This document shows positions 8,351-17,268 of a stretch of DNA of 32,643 bases, piece by piece. The notes under the pieces were generated by a model. It had not been told where the DNA came from, searched no databases, and worked only from the letters and a program-made list of their open reading frames with translations. Position 1 is the first letter of the stretch, and each line of letters begins with the position of its first letter. Both the position numbers and the translations under genes were made by a program. The stretch is from Faecousia sp. (GTDB lineage Bacteria; Bacillota; Clostridia; Oscillospirales; Oscillospiraceae): assembly GCA_045660585.1 (NCBI GenBank), contig JAZREB010000347.1:1-32643 (forward strand), written 5' to 3'.

Positions 8351-8559
8351 ATCCATATTATAGAAATATAGGTTTTAATTGTCAGCCCCAAATATGTCCC
8401 AATTTCAGCAAAAACTGCCCCAAATTTGGGACAATGAGCCAAGAAAGAGCCTCCGATCCGATTTAGTGCTTTGTATTGCTCCCACACAAGGTCAGTCATT
8501 TCAAGAATCTGTCTTATGTGGGAGTGCTCTTAAATTTTACCACACTCCAAAAGGAATGT

Positions 8560-8610
8560 CAGCACCAGATGTGATGCATTTGGATCCAAAATTGCACCAC
8601 ATCTGATGCA
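8560..8610. terminator. Long hairpin downstream of the relaxase gene
   Basis: GCACCAGATGTGATGCA...TGCACCACATCTGATGC imperfect inverted repeat. Confidence 0.5.
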
Positions 8611-8679
8611 TTGCTCTCATAAAATGAACTCAGTATAAGAGAGGAAGAAGTTAAAAAGTTTCGTGAGTAGTGGAAGGGT

Positions 8680-9960
8680 CTATCTTTCCCAACGGTCTTT
8701 TCGAACCGAGCGGTTTGCTTGCCCTCTTGAGGAGGTACAGTCGGTACGGGTGTTTCGTCCGTTCTCAGCTTCCTTTCGCTCCTGTTCCTCCTTTGCTGTG
8801 AACAGCTCCTTGAGCTTGTCCATAAAGCTCTTGACAAACTGGGGAAAATGCTCCAAGGCCTGTAGGAAGGGCTTGCACTTTTCTTTCAGCTCGTCGTACT
8901 TCTTTTGCAAGCTGTCCAAGGCACTCTTTGCTTTGGAATACTTCTGCCGATAGTAACTGGCCTCGTCCCTGAGTGTGCTGATTTCTTTTCGACCGGTAAT
9001 ACCTTCCTTTGCCAATGCTGTTAATGTCTGAAAATCATCCTTTGATACAGCAACCTTTCCGGTAATGGTTCTCTGCCCCATGCTGTCGATTTCCTCAAGG
9101 GTCTTATGCACTCCATGGGCATACTGGAAATGCGTTTCCTCCTCACCGAGAATAAACTGCACCTCCCGAAGTCGTTCCTCATCTTTTGCAATTTGGTACT
9201 GCAAAGAGGTTAGGTGTTCTCGTGTGCTACCCATTTCCCCACGCTGAAAACCTGTGAAGCCGTGCTCCTGCATATGTTCAAACAATTCGTCTTGCAAGAT
9301 ACTGTAGGATGCTCGGAACTTTGGCTTTCCATTTTTCCGCAAGACAGGGTTGCCGTTTTCGTCAACCATAGGGATATTGGAAGCCCACTTCCTGGAGTGG
9401 CTGACTTGTTGGATCACCCCCTTCACCGTACCACGCAAGGCAGGATCCTTGCACCGCTTGCTCCACAAGATTTCTTTCTCCACAACAGGGATCACGATAG
9501 CGTGGAGATGGTAGTGGTAGATGTCTCTCCGTTTCGCATCCGATGCCGCTTTGTTGATCTCATCAGCGTGCATGACGGCAGATACCACATACTCCGAGCC
9601 GAACTTCTTTTCTAAGAAATGATAGGCTTCTTCATAGAATTTCTTTGCGTATTCGTAGCCGCCGTTCCGATCAAAGTACATGGTGTTTACATCAATGATG
9701 ATCTCGTCAAAGAGGGTTGCATCTTGTCGCAGCCCTCTGGTAGAGATCGTTCCGTTGGCTTCCATCTCTCGGAACATATCCATGTAGGAGCCTGTAGGAG
9801 ATCGGTAATGGACATTCATCCCTATCCGTTCAGGAACCACATTGATGTTCTCGTAGTCGGAGTTTTTCCTTTCATTATGTCGCTCTGCTGCACCAATGTC
9901 TGAAGACTTGTACTGCTTCACTCTGGCACAGCTCATATCTGGTTTTGTTTCTTTTGCCAT
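8680..9960 (-). CDS. MOBV (Mob_Pre / plasmid recombination enzyme) relaxase
   Basis: HNER motif I, AVMHADE...HYHLHAIVIP HUH motif, LQD, FQRG and a C-terminal coiled coil. Confidence 0.92.
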   Translation of the reverse strand: MAKETKPDMSCARVKQYKSSDIGAAERHNERKNSDYENINVVPERIGMNVHYRSPTGSYMDMFREMEANGTISTRGLRQDATLFDEIIIDVNTMYFDRNGGYEYAKKFYEEAYHFLEKKFGSEYVVSAVMHADEINKAASDAKRRDIYHYHLHAIVIPVVEKEILWSKRCKDPALRGTVKGVIQQVSHSRKWASNIPMVDENGNPVLRKNGKPKFRASYSILQDELFEHMQEHGFTGFQRGEMGSTREHLTSLQYQIAKDEERLREVQFILGEEETHFQYAHGVHKTLEEIDSMGQRTITGKVAVSKDDFQTLTALAKEGITGRKEISTLRDEASYYRQKYSKAKSALDSLQKKYDELKEKCKPFLQALEHFPQFVKSFMDKLKELFTAKEEQERKEAENGRNTRTDCTSSRGQANRSVRKDRWER

Positions 9961-9995
9961 TCAATTCTCCTTTCCTCGTAATGGTTAGGGGTGCC

Positions 9996-10063
9996 GTTAC
10001 ACAAGATTCTCCGAATCTGTGTAACCCACTATGACACTTTCAGCAAAGCTGCAAAGATGTCAT
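9996..10063 (-). other. oriT (RSA-like) for the MOBV relaxase
   Basis: Minus strand ATAGTGGGTTACAC resembles the pMV158-type nic region (TAGTGTG/TTATAC); flanked by two inverted repeats and immediately upstream of mob. Confidence 0.8.
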
Positions 10064-10111
10064 GGTCGTGGGCAAGGACTTTCCCTCCTTGACTTCCCCT
10101 ATAAACCTTAA

Positions 10112-11167
10112 TCAAAAAGACAGGTCGTCCGACGGGACTTCCTGTCTTTTCTCACTCGGTTTATCAACCTCCTGCAAAGTCCAATACCAAGAGAAGCCTT
10201 CCTTCACGGAGTGAACACCGGCTCTCTTCTTGGCCTTCTTGAAGGTTGATTCCTTGAAGCCTGCGGCTTCAAGCTTTGCTACGCAATCGGCGGCTGGGAG
10301 TTTGTCAACTCCCGAAAGAACGCTACGGATCAGATTTGTCGCCGCCTCCAATCGGTGGTTGGGTCTGCCCATTTTGGGAGCTGTTGCAGAGAAAGCTTCC
10401 TCTGCGCTCAGCTCCACTTCATCGAGAAAATGCACACCCTTGTCTGCAACCTCAAAGAGGATCGCAGAACCCATAGGTGCAAGGTTGGACTTTACCTGCA
10501 CCATATACCGCTGGTCAGGATTGCTCTTGTCTGCAGTTTTGGTCACAGCCAAAATGCTTCTGGCTGCTCCTGCAATGTCGATAGAGCCATTGGTGCGGTA
10601 GAGGGGACTTGTGTCCCTTGCCTTGTTCATGTGGGCAATGATAACGATGGCACAGCCTGTGTCCTTGGCAACTGCAATCAGATGATTGAACTCTGCCCTC
10701 GTCTTGTTGGCATTGTTCAGAGAACAATCTCCACCAATGTAGGAGCTCATGGGATCCAGAATCAGCAGTTTGGCATTGAACCTCTCTACCGCCTCTCGGA
10801 TACGGTTGTCACCGAAGGTCAGATTCTTCTCATTCTCCTTGATGAAGATCAGCCGTTCTCCATCACCCCCGGCCGCATTGAATCTCGGCACTACCGTGTC
10901 GTCTGCATCATCCTCCGTGGTCTGATAGATGATCGTCATAGGCTCGTGCCGTTCTTCCTCGTCGGCAAAGGGCAGACGTTCTCCCTTAGAAAGCAAGGCG
11001 GCAAGAGAAAGCATCAACTTACTCTTGCCGTCACCGGGATCCCCCTGTAATAAAGTTACCTTACCGAAGGGAATGTAGGGATACCAAAGCCAGCGAACCT
11101 CCTTCGGCACAATATCGCTGGCCTTGACGATTTCAAGCTTTACGCTTGCTTTTGTTTGATCTGTCAT
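10112..11167 (-). CDS. AAA_25 / RecA-fold ATPase (RepA-like helicase of mobile elements)
   Basis: VRWLWYPYIPFGKVTLLQGDPGDGKS, LLILDP, IAHMNK, GSIDIAGAARS and KSNLA motifs. Confidence 0.88.
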   Translation of the reverse strand: MTDQTKASVKLEIVKASDIVPKEVRWLWYPYIPFGKVTLLQGDPGDGKSKLMLSLAALLSKGERLPFADEEERHEPMTIIYQTTEDDADDTVVPRFNAAGGDGERLIFIKENEKNLTFGDNRIREAVERFNAKLLILDPMSSYIGGDCSLNNANKTRAEFNHLIAVAKDTGCAIVIIAHMNKARDTSPLYRTNGSIDIAGAARSILAVTKTADKSNPDQRYMVQVKSNLAPMGSAILFEVADKGVHFLDEVELSAEEAFSATAPKMGRPNHRLEAATNLIRSVLSGVDKLPAADCVAKLEAAGFKESTFKKAKKRAGVHSVKEGFSWYWTLQEVDKPSEKRQEVPSDDLSF

Positions 11168-11330
11168 TTTTTATTCTCCTTTTTCTCTAAAATAGTATGG
11201 GCATAGAATCACCATGGTACGAAAGCCCCACCTGCAGCTCCTTTCCTCATTCCACAAAGTAGGTGTATTTCTTTCGTCCACACTCATCAAGAAAGATCGC
11301 CCATTCTCTCTCGATCCGCTACGGTATCCG
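11062..11330. repeat. Diverged direct repeat, copy 1 (5' end and upstream region of the AAA_25 gene)
   Basis: Aligns with 12992..13255 at offset about 1930, including an identical TACCGAAGGGAATGTAGGGATACCAAAGCCA block. Confidence 0.85.
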
Positions 11331-11543
11331 GGGTATATTCATCACCTCCTTCCCGGATGCCAATTCTGACGTTTTTTCTTGAAATATAAAAAGCCCAAAA
11401 CCTCTCCGAAGCTATCCGCTTTCGGGGCGGTTTTGGGAATTTTCTTTAGGTATAAGTATCGTTTGATATGGGACAACTATTCCTATTTTGATGTTAGTTA
11501 ACAAGGGTAAAATTACAAAATGATCTATTTTGCCCTCGTTAAC

Positions 11544-11572
11544 TTGACATTATCTATAAAACGTGCTATGAT
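11544..11572 (+). promoter_or_regulatory. sigA-type promoter
   Basis: TTGACA-N17-TATGAT with extended TG, followed by an AAAGGAG RBS. Confidence 0.8.
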
Positions 11573-11601
11573 GTTGACAAACTAAGAAAGGAGATATTGC
11601 G

Positions 11602-12831
11602 ATGAACAGGAGGATTTATACAAGACAGTATTATATCGACAAAATCCGTGGCTTTTATAACAGCGATCTTATCAAGGTAGTTACGGGTATAAGACGGTGC
11701 GGAAAATCCTGCTTTCTGTTGTCCGTTATGGAGGATCTGAAATCCCGTGGTGTGAAGGAAAAGGATATTCTGTACCTCAATTTGGATAAGCGTGGCTATC
11801 GCAAGATCAAGACACCGGATGCATTGGAGGAAGCCATTGAAGCCCTGATCACCGATGACGATTATAAATACCTTTTCATTGACGAAGTGCAAAACGTAGA
11901 AGGCTTTGAGGAGGTCATCAACGGGTTTAGAGAAGACGGAAGCTTTTCCATCTTTATTACCGGTTCCAATTCCTATCTTCTCAGTGGTGAGCTTGCAACA
12001 AAGCTGACGGGCCGTTATATCGAGATCGAGATGTTCACATTAAACTTCCGCGAATACCTTGAAATGAAAGCCTTTTTCGGCAAGGAGATCAACGCAAATA
12101 AGGCAGAAGAATTTACCGAATATATCCGATTTGGCGGTTTCCCAAAGGTTCTTGAATTTGATAATCCCGACGACAAGGACACCTATATCTCGGAAGTCAT
12201 TTCACAAATTCTTGATAAAGATGTGGTAAAGCACAAGAAAATTCGCAACCGTTCGGTATTCGACAAGGTTATGACCTATGTGATCAACAATTTCGGTGCG
12301 ACCACCAGCTTGTCCGGTCTTGCGGAATATTTTGAAAAGCAAGAGCATATCAGCATCCGAACCGAAACGCTCAACAACTATTTACAAATTCTCGAAAATG
12401 CGAAAATTATATATAAGTGTCCTCGCTTCGATGTAAAGTCCAAAAAGTCCTTGCGTGGGGAGCAGAAATACTATCTTGCCGACCTTGGTATCTATTTCTC
12501 TCGCAATGTGGATGCTCGTATCAATTACGGTCCCGTACTTGAAAACATCGTATATACCTATCTGTCTGCAAAGAATTACAAGATCAGTGTAGGACGGATC
12601 GGAAAGCTGGAATGTGATTTCATCACCCGCATCAGCGATGAATACCGATATGTGCAAGTGGCTATGACAATCATGAGTCCCGAGACCGAAGAACGGGAAT
12701 ACAAGCCGTTCACAATGATACGGGATAATTACCCCAAGTATCTGCTTACAATCGACACTCTGCTTCAAAAACGCGACGGAGTGCTGCACAAGAACATTAT
12801 TGAATTTATCTCGGCTGACGAAAGCCTATAA
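11602..12831 (+). CDS. ATP-binding protein, AAA_14 + DUF4143 family
   Basis: GIRRCGKS, FIDEVQ, TGSNS.LLSGELAT.LTGR, KYYLADLG and ECDFI motifs. Confidence 0.92.
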   Translation: MNRRIYTRQYYIDKIRGFYNSDLIKVVTGIRRCGKSCFLLSVMEDLKSRGVKEKDILYLNLDKRGYRKIKTPDALEEAIEALITDDDYKYLFIDEVQNVEGFEEVINGFREDGSFSIFITGSNSYLLSGELATKLTGRYIEIEMFTLNFREYLEMKAFFGKEINANKAEEFTEYIRFGGFPKVLEFDNPDDKDTYISEVISQILDKDVVKHKKIRNRSVFDKVMTYVINNFGATTSLSGLAEYFEKQEHISIRTETLNNYLQILENAKIIYKCPRFDVKSKKSLRGEQKYYLADLGIYFSRNVDARINYGPVLENIVYTYLSAKNYKISVGRIGKLECDFITRISDEYRYVQVAMTIMSPETEEREYKPFTMIRDNYPKYLLTIDTLLQKRDGVLHKNIIEFISADESL

Positions 12832-12845
12832 TGGAATACCACAAA

Positions 12846-12881
12846 CAAAAGGTGTAGGAAATATTTCCTATGCCTTTTTTG
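12846..12881 (+). terminator. Intrinsic terminator
   Basis: AAAAGGTGTAGGAAAT / ATTTCCTATGCCTTTTTT. Confidence 0.85.
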
Positions 12882-12991
12882 TCTGCAGGATAGGCCGGCC
12901 AAATGTTCAAAGCCACCAGACTGTCTTATTCCGGGGCAATTTGGGGATTTAGGGGTATAAATACCACTTGATATAGCTCAACTACTCCTGC

Positions 12992-13267
12992 TACCGAAGG
13001 GAATGTAGGGATACCAAAGCCATCTGACCGCCTTCGGCTCAATCTCGCCGGCCTTGATGATTTCAAGTTTTACGCTTGTATCCGTTTGTTCTGTCATTTT
13101 TTCGTCTCCTTTTCAAAAATAGTGCGGGCATTGAATCACTGTGGTACAAAATCTCTGCCTGCAGCTCCTTTCATTATTCTGCAAAGCTGATCATATTTTC
13201 CGTCCACGCTCATCAAGAGAGATTGCCTATTCTCTTTTGATCCTCTTCAACATCCGGCGTGATACCA
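12992..13267 (-). pseudogene. Truncated second AAA_25 5' end plus degenerate upstream small ORF (repeat copy 2)
   Basis: ATG at 13097 gives MTEQTDTSVKLEIIKAGEIEPKAVRWLWYPYIPFG, then homology stops; the upstream Cys-containing ORF has internal stops. Confidence 0.85.
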
Positions 13268-13522
13268 TCGCTGCCTTCTACAGCATCCAGTATTGTATTA
13301 ATACCTAAAATGCTCCCAAATAGGTAATTCTTTTGAGATATTTTCTTTTAATATAGATAGTACGTACAATGTTGAATGTACTCCGTCGGGCTAGCATCCC
13401 TCTTCTATTCTTCAAAGTTTCATATTTCTGCGTTCCACCTGCCTTATATCACTTATGCTGCTCTTTCTTAAGAAATTGAGGATAAGCATTTAGGCTAACT
13501 CTTTAATGCATTCTATGAGCTA

Positions 13523-13551
13523 TTGACAACATTACTGTAAAAATATATAAT
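13523..13551 (+). promoter_or_regulatory. Consensus sigA promoter upstream of the signalling cassette
   Basis: TTGACA-N17-TATAAT perfect match. Confidence 0.8.
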
Positions 13552-13736
13552 ATTGTTGAACAGTGTGCACAATATTCATATCCTTACAGAAGCTATTATG
13601 TTTTCCCAACCAACATTGTGTTAATAAAGTTTCGTCAAAGATTGCGTTTGATTCTGAACGGAAGACACCCGTAAAACTGAATTTACAATTTTTATTTAAA
13701 AAGTGCTAGAATATAAGCATCAGAGAGGAGGCAGAT

Positions 13737-14519
13737 ATGAAACGCTACAAAATACACTATGGCTGCATAAGCCACATCGGCCATGTTCGTAACATAAACC
13801 AAGATAATTTTATTTGTGATGGGCAGTACATGGAGAATGATTCTGCCCCCATGAAGTTCCCCTTACACGGAACGAAGTCGCCTGCCGATATGCCCGTGTT
13901 TGGAATTTTTGATGGTATGGGTGGCGAAGAATGTGGTGAGATTGCGTCATATATCGCAGCAAAAAATGCATCAGATATAATAATCGGAAAAAATGCGACA
14001 GCGGATTTATCTCAATTCTGTTACAAAGCAAACGGCGATATATGTGATTATGCTGCAGCCAACGATATATCGTCTATGGGAACGACTGCGGCGATACTTG
14101 CATTCACAGATAAGGAAATTGCTCTGTGCAATGTCGGTGACAGCAAGGTTTTTCGGTTGCACAATGGATTATTAGAACAAATATCAAAAGACCATATTGT
14201 CTTTTCTGCATTTGGATCAAAGCCGCCACTTTCACAAAATCTTGGAATTCCTCCGAACGAATTACTTATAGAACCATATCTTGCAAAAGGTATATACCAT
14301 GATGGTGATATCTATCTGATATGTTCCGACGGATTAACTGATATGGTTGCTGTAGATGGAATATTAGAAATACTTACATCAAAATCGATTGAGGAGGCCA
14401 TAATGCTTCTTCTAGAAAAAGCACTTAAAAACGGAGGTAAGGACAATACTACAATAATTCTTTGTAAAGTCGAGCATCAATCCTGGTGTTTTTTCAAGAG
14501 GAAGAAACGAACTTCTTAA
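13737..14519 (+). CDS. PP2C/PPM-family Ser/Thr protein phosphatase
   Basis: R..NQD, FDGMGG..CGE.AS, MGTT, NVGDS, CSDGLTD and GGKDN motifs. Confidence 0.95.
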   Translation: MKRYKIHYGCISHIGHVRNINQDNFICDGQYMENDSAPMKFPLHGTKSPADMPVFGIFDGMGGEECGEIASYIAAKNASDIIIGKNATADLSQFCYKANGDICDYAAANDISSMGTTAAILAFTDKEIALCNVGDSKVFRLHNGLLEQISKDHIVFSAFGSKPPLSQNLGIPPNELLIEPYLAKGIYHDGDIYLICSDGLTDMVAVDGILEILTSKSIEEAIMLLLEKALKNGGKDNTTIILCKVEHQSWCFFKRKKRTS

Positions 14520-14535
14520 AAAGGGAGGAGATTAA

Positions 14536-16995
14536 ATGTTTAAAGAAATCATAAGTCAAACCTGGCCCGAGTGGACTATTGTTCGATACATCGGCGGAGG
14601 TGGATACGGGAGTGTATATGAGGTTATACGTCTGCAATCTGGGATAAACGATCGCGCTGCAATAAAGGTTGTTTCTATCCCATCAAGCGAAGCCGAAATT
14701 GATTCTGTGCGTGCCTATGGACTAGATGAACTTGCTACTAAGACCCATTTTGAGCATACATTGCAATCTTGTGCCAAGGAGATTCAGTATATGCTTGATT
14801 TGGAAGGGCACCCTAACATTGTAAATGTAAGGAACTACAAAATCATAGAAAAGAAGGGTGGGTTTGGATGGTATATACTAATTTTGATGGAATTATTAAC
14901 GCCTTTCGCTGTATATTCCTGTGATCATATACTTAATGAACAAGAGGTCATCAAACTCGGGCTGGACATTTGTTCCGCACTCGAAAGATGTGCACAAGAC
15001 GCCATCATACACCGAGATATTAAGCCTAGTAACATTCTGGTGACAAAAGATAACCATTTCAAACTTGGAGACTTTGGCATAGCATGCAAATTGGAAGCCG
15101 GAAGATCTGGGCTTTCTCTTAGAAATACACCTAAATATGGGGCGCCGGATTCCTATATGCAGCTTAGTGATGAAAGAGTAGATATTTATTCTTTGGGACT
15201 CGTTCTTTATGAATTGCTCAACGAAGGGTGTATTCCTTTTTTAAAGAAAAAACAAATCATACCCATTGAAGACATCGTTAAGGCTATAGCTACACGCAAT
15301 CTAGGCAACGAAAAAATGGATCCTCCTTGCCTAGCCTCTCCTGCTATGGCAGATCTCATTCTTAAAGCTTGTGATCGGAACCCTGATAATTGTTTTTGTT
15401 CTGCTAAGGAAATGAAACAAGCGCTGATGCGTGTTGCAGATGGTACATATCGGATAGTAGCAAAAGATCCTGATAGCAAAGAATTTTCAGATATTAGTAT
15501 AGATAGCTACAATGAAACAAAAACCGTACGCAAGCCATCCGCTGTAGAAAATGATAAATTTCCTCCTCGGCCTAGTACCTTCGGGTCTGTTCCAAAGAAG
15601 AATAAAAAGCCCATCCTTATCACAGCAATCATAGCATTTTTAATTATTGTCGTAGCAGGCTCCATTCTGCTAAAAAACTATGTCAGCATCCGTCAAGATA
15701 TCAAGGCTATCATTGAAGACGCAGAAGCATTCGCTTCGGTTACTGACTATGAAGGTGCAATCGATAGGATTGAAGCTGGATTACAGGAGCATGGTGAATC
15801 CGTAGAGTTGCAAGAGAAAATAACCGAGTATCAAAATTCTCTGGTGCAGCAGATTGCAGGTATTATCTCTAATGCTGAATCATTGATTGCCCGTGATGAT
15901 TTAACCGGTGCTGTGGAAATCTTAGAAACAGCGCTTTCTGAACATCCCGATGCAGATGAGTTAGTCAAAAAATGTGAGGATTACCGAACTCTTATAAATG
16001 ATCGAATAGACCTGATTATCAGCGAAGCAGAATCTTTAGCAGAAGTTAAAGATTATGAAAGTAGTCTGAATATAGTTCAAGACGGACTATTATCTTATCC
16101 AGAATCTGTAGTTCTTCAGAAAAAGGTTGACGAGTATGCTAAAGCGTTAAATCATCAAATCAAAGAGAACACCCTTTCAGATGCAAAAAAGCTCGCCGAT
16201 TCTGGTGATTATATTGCGGCAATGTCTTTAATAAAAGACGCCCAAGATACTTATGGTGACAATATAGACTACCAAAGTGCATTCAACACCTACCGCAATG
16301 CGTACAAGACAGAAGTTGTTGTTTCAGCGGATACGCTGTCTGCAATAGGGGACTATATTGGTGCTCTAAACACAGTAAGAAGCGCATTAAACATTATAGA
16401 GGGCGATGCTGAATTGTCTGCAAAAGCAGCTGATTATGAAAACAAATATGTGTCTGGAATTATTGAAAAGGCTGACCGGTCCCTCGCGGAAGGGGATTTC
16501 GATACTGCAGAAGACCTCGTTGGCGAAGCTAAAGAGTTGTTCCCCAATAATAAGCAGTTAACAGAAGAGGCTACAAAAATCAAGAATTCTCGTCCTGTTT
16601 ATTTGCTGAATGTAACTGCACCATATGAGACTTCAGAGAGCTGGTACTCAAAATCAGATGTCATCAGCATGGGCGGAAAAAACTATACACATGGATTTAC
16701 TTGTCTTGGAGTCGGCGAAGGTATCTACTTTAATTTGGATGGCAAATACTCGGAACTTAGCTTTACTGCTGGATTTGTGAGTATTGCAGAGGCAAATCGT
16801 GCTACACTTAAAATTTATGCAGATGAGGAATTGATATATTCATTTGTCATGGAAAGCAGTTCTTTGCCCAAAGAGCACACGGTCGATATCAAATCCTGTA
16901 GACAATTAACAATCGTTATAGATGATGGTTGGGCTATGCCTTTCTTTAGCGGTAAATATGGCCTTGCTGAAATTATGGTTACACCTAATATCTAA
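14536..16995 (+). CDS. Hanks-type Ser/Thr protein kinase with TM helix, extracellular helical repeats and C-terminal NPCBM-like domain
   Basis: IGGGGYGSVY, AAIK, HRDIKPSN and DFG motifs; TM ILITAIIAFLIIVVAGSILL; repeated A..LA...DY..A; MGGKNYTHG...FNLDGKY..L.F.AG. Confidence 0.92.
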   Translation: MFKEIISQTWPEWTIVRYIGGGGYGSVYEVIRLQSGINDRAAIKVVSIPSSEAEIDSVRAYGLDELATKTHFEHTLQSCAKEIQYMLDLEGHPNIVNVRNYKIIEKKGGFGWYILILMELLTPFAVYSCDHILNEQEVIKLGLDICSALERCAQDAIIHRDIKPSNILVTKDNHFKLGDFGIACKLEAGRSGLSLRNTPKYGAPDSYMQLSDERVDIYSLGLVLYELLNEGCIPFLKKKQIIPIEDIVKAIATRNLGNEKMDPPCLASPAMADLILKACDRNPDNCFCSAKEMKQALMRVADGTYRIVAKDPDSKEFSDISIDSYNETKTVRKPSAVENDKFPPRPSTFGSVPKKNKKPILITAIIAFLIIVVAGSILLKNYVSIRQDIKAIIEDAEAFASVTDYEGAIDRIEAGLQEHGESVELQEKITEYQNSLVQQIAGIISNAESLIARDDLTGAVEILETALSEHPDADELVKKCEDYRTLINDRIDLIISEAESLAEVKDYESSLNIVQDGLLSYPESVVLQKKVDEYAKALNHQIKENTLSDAKKLADSGDYIAAMSLIKDAQDTYGDNIDYQSAFNTYRNAYKTEVVVSADTLSAIGDYIGALNTVRSALNIIEGDAELSAKAADYENKYVSGIIEKADRSLAEGDFDTAEDLVGEAKELFPNNKQLTEEATKIKNSRPVYLLNVTAPYETSESWYSKSDVISMGGKNYTHGFTCLGVGEGIYFNLDGKYSELSFTAGFVSIAEANRATLKIYADEELIYSFVMESSSLPKEHTVDIKSCRQLTIVIDDGWAMPFFSGKYGLAEIMVTPNI

Positions 16996-17004
16996 ATAAA
17001 TTAT

Positions 17005-17125
17005 TAGTGTACCAACACACTAACGACATGAATTACGGGTAAATTCTATTTAAAAGACACTCTATCAATGTATAGATGTTTCAATTAATAGCAACCGTTA
17101 TGGATTACAATGTGTTGGTACACTA
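17005..17125. mobile_element. MITE-like 121-bp element
   Basis: Perfect 15-bp terminal inverted repeat TAGTGTACCAACACA / TGTGTTGGTACACTA, bounded by TA; non-coding. Confidence 0.65.
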
Positions 17126-17268
17126 TTTTTCGAAAAACTAATTTATATATAAGAACACAGTTCTAAAACTAATTTTACAACATCATTCACTAAGCATTGT
17201 AAGTATCTAAAAGACTAATTGTAAGCATCAAATCTAAGCTGGATAATTCATTTCTAGGGGGAACTTTC

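Noticed and set aside
7646-8363. Several overlapping plus-strand ORFs across the 135-bp repeats
   Set aside because: No RBS, open in multiple frames with no protein-like signal; the promoters point the other way
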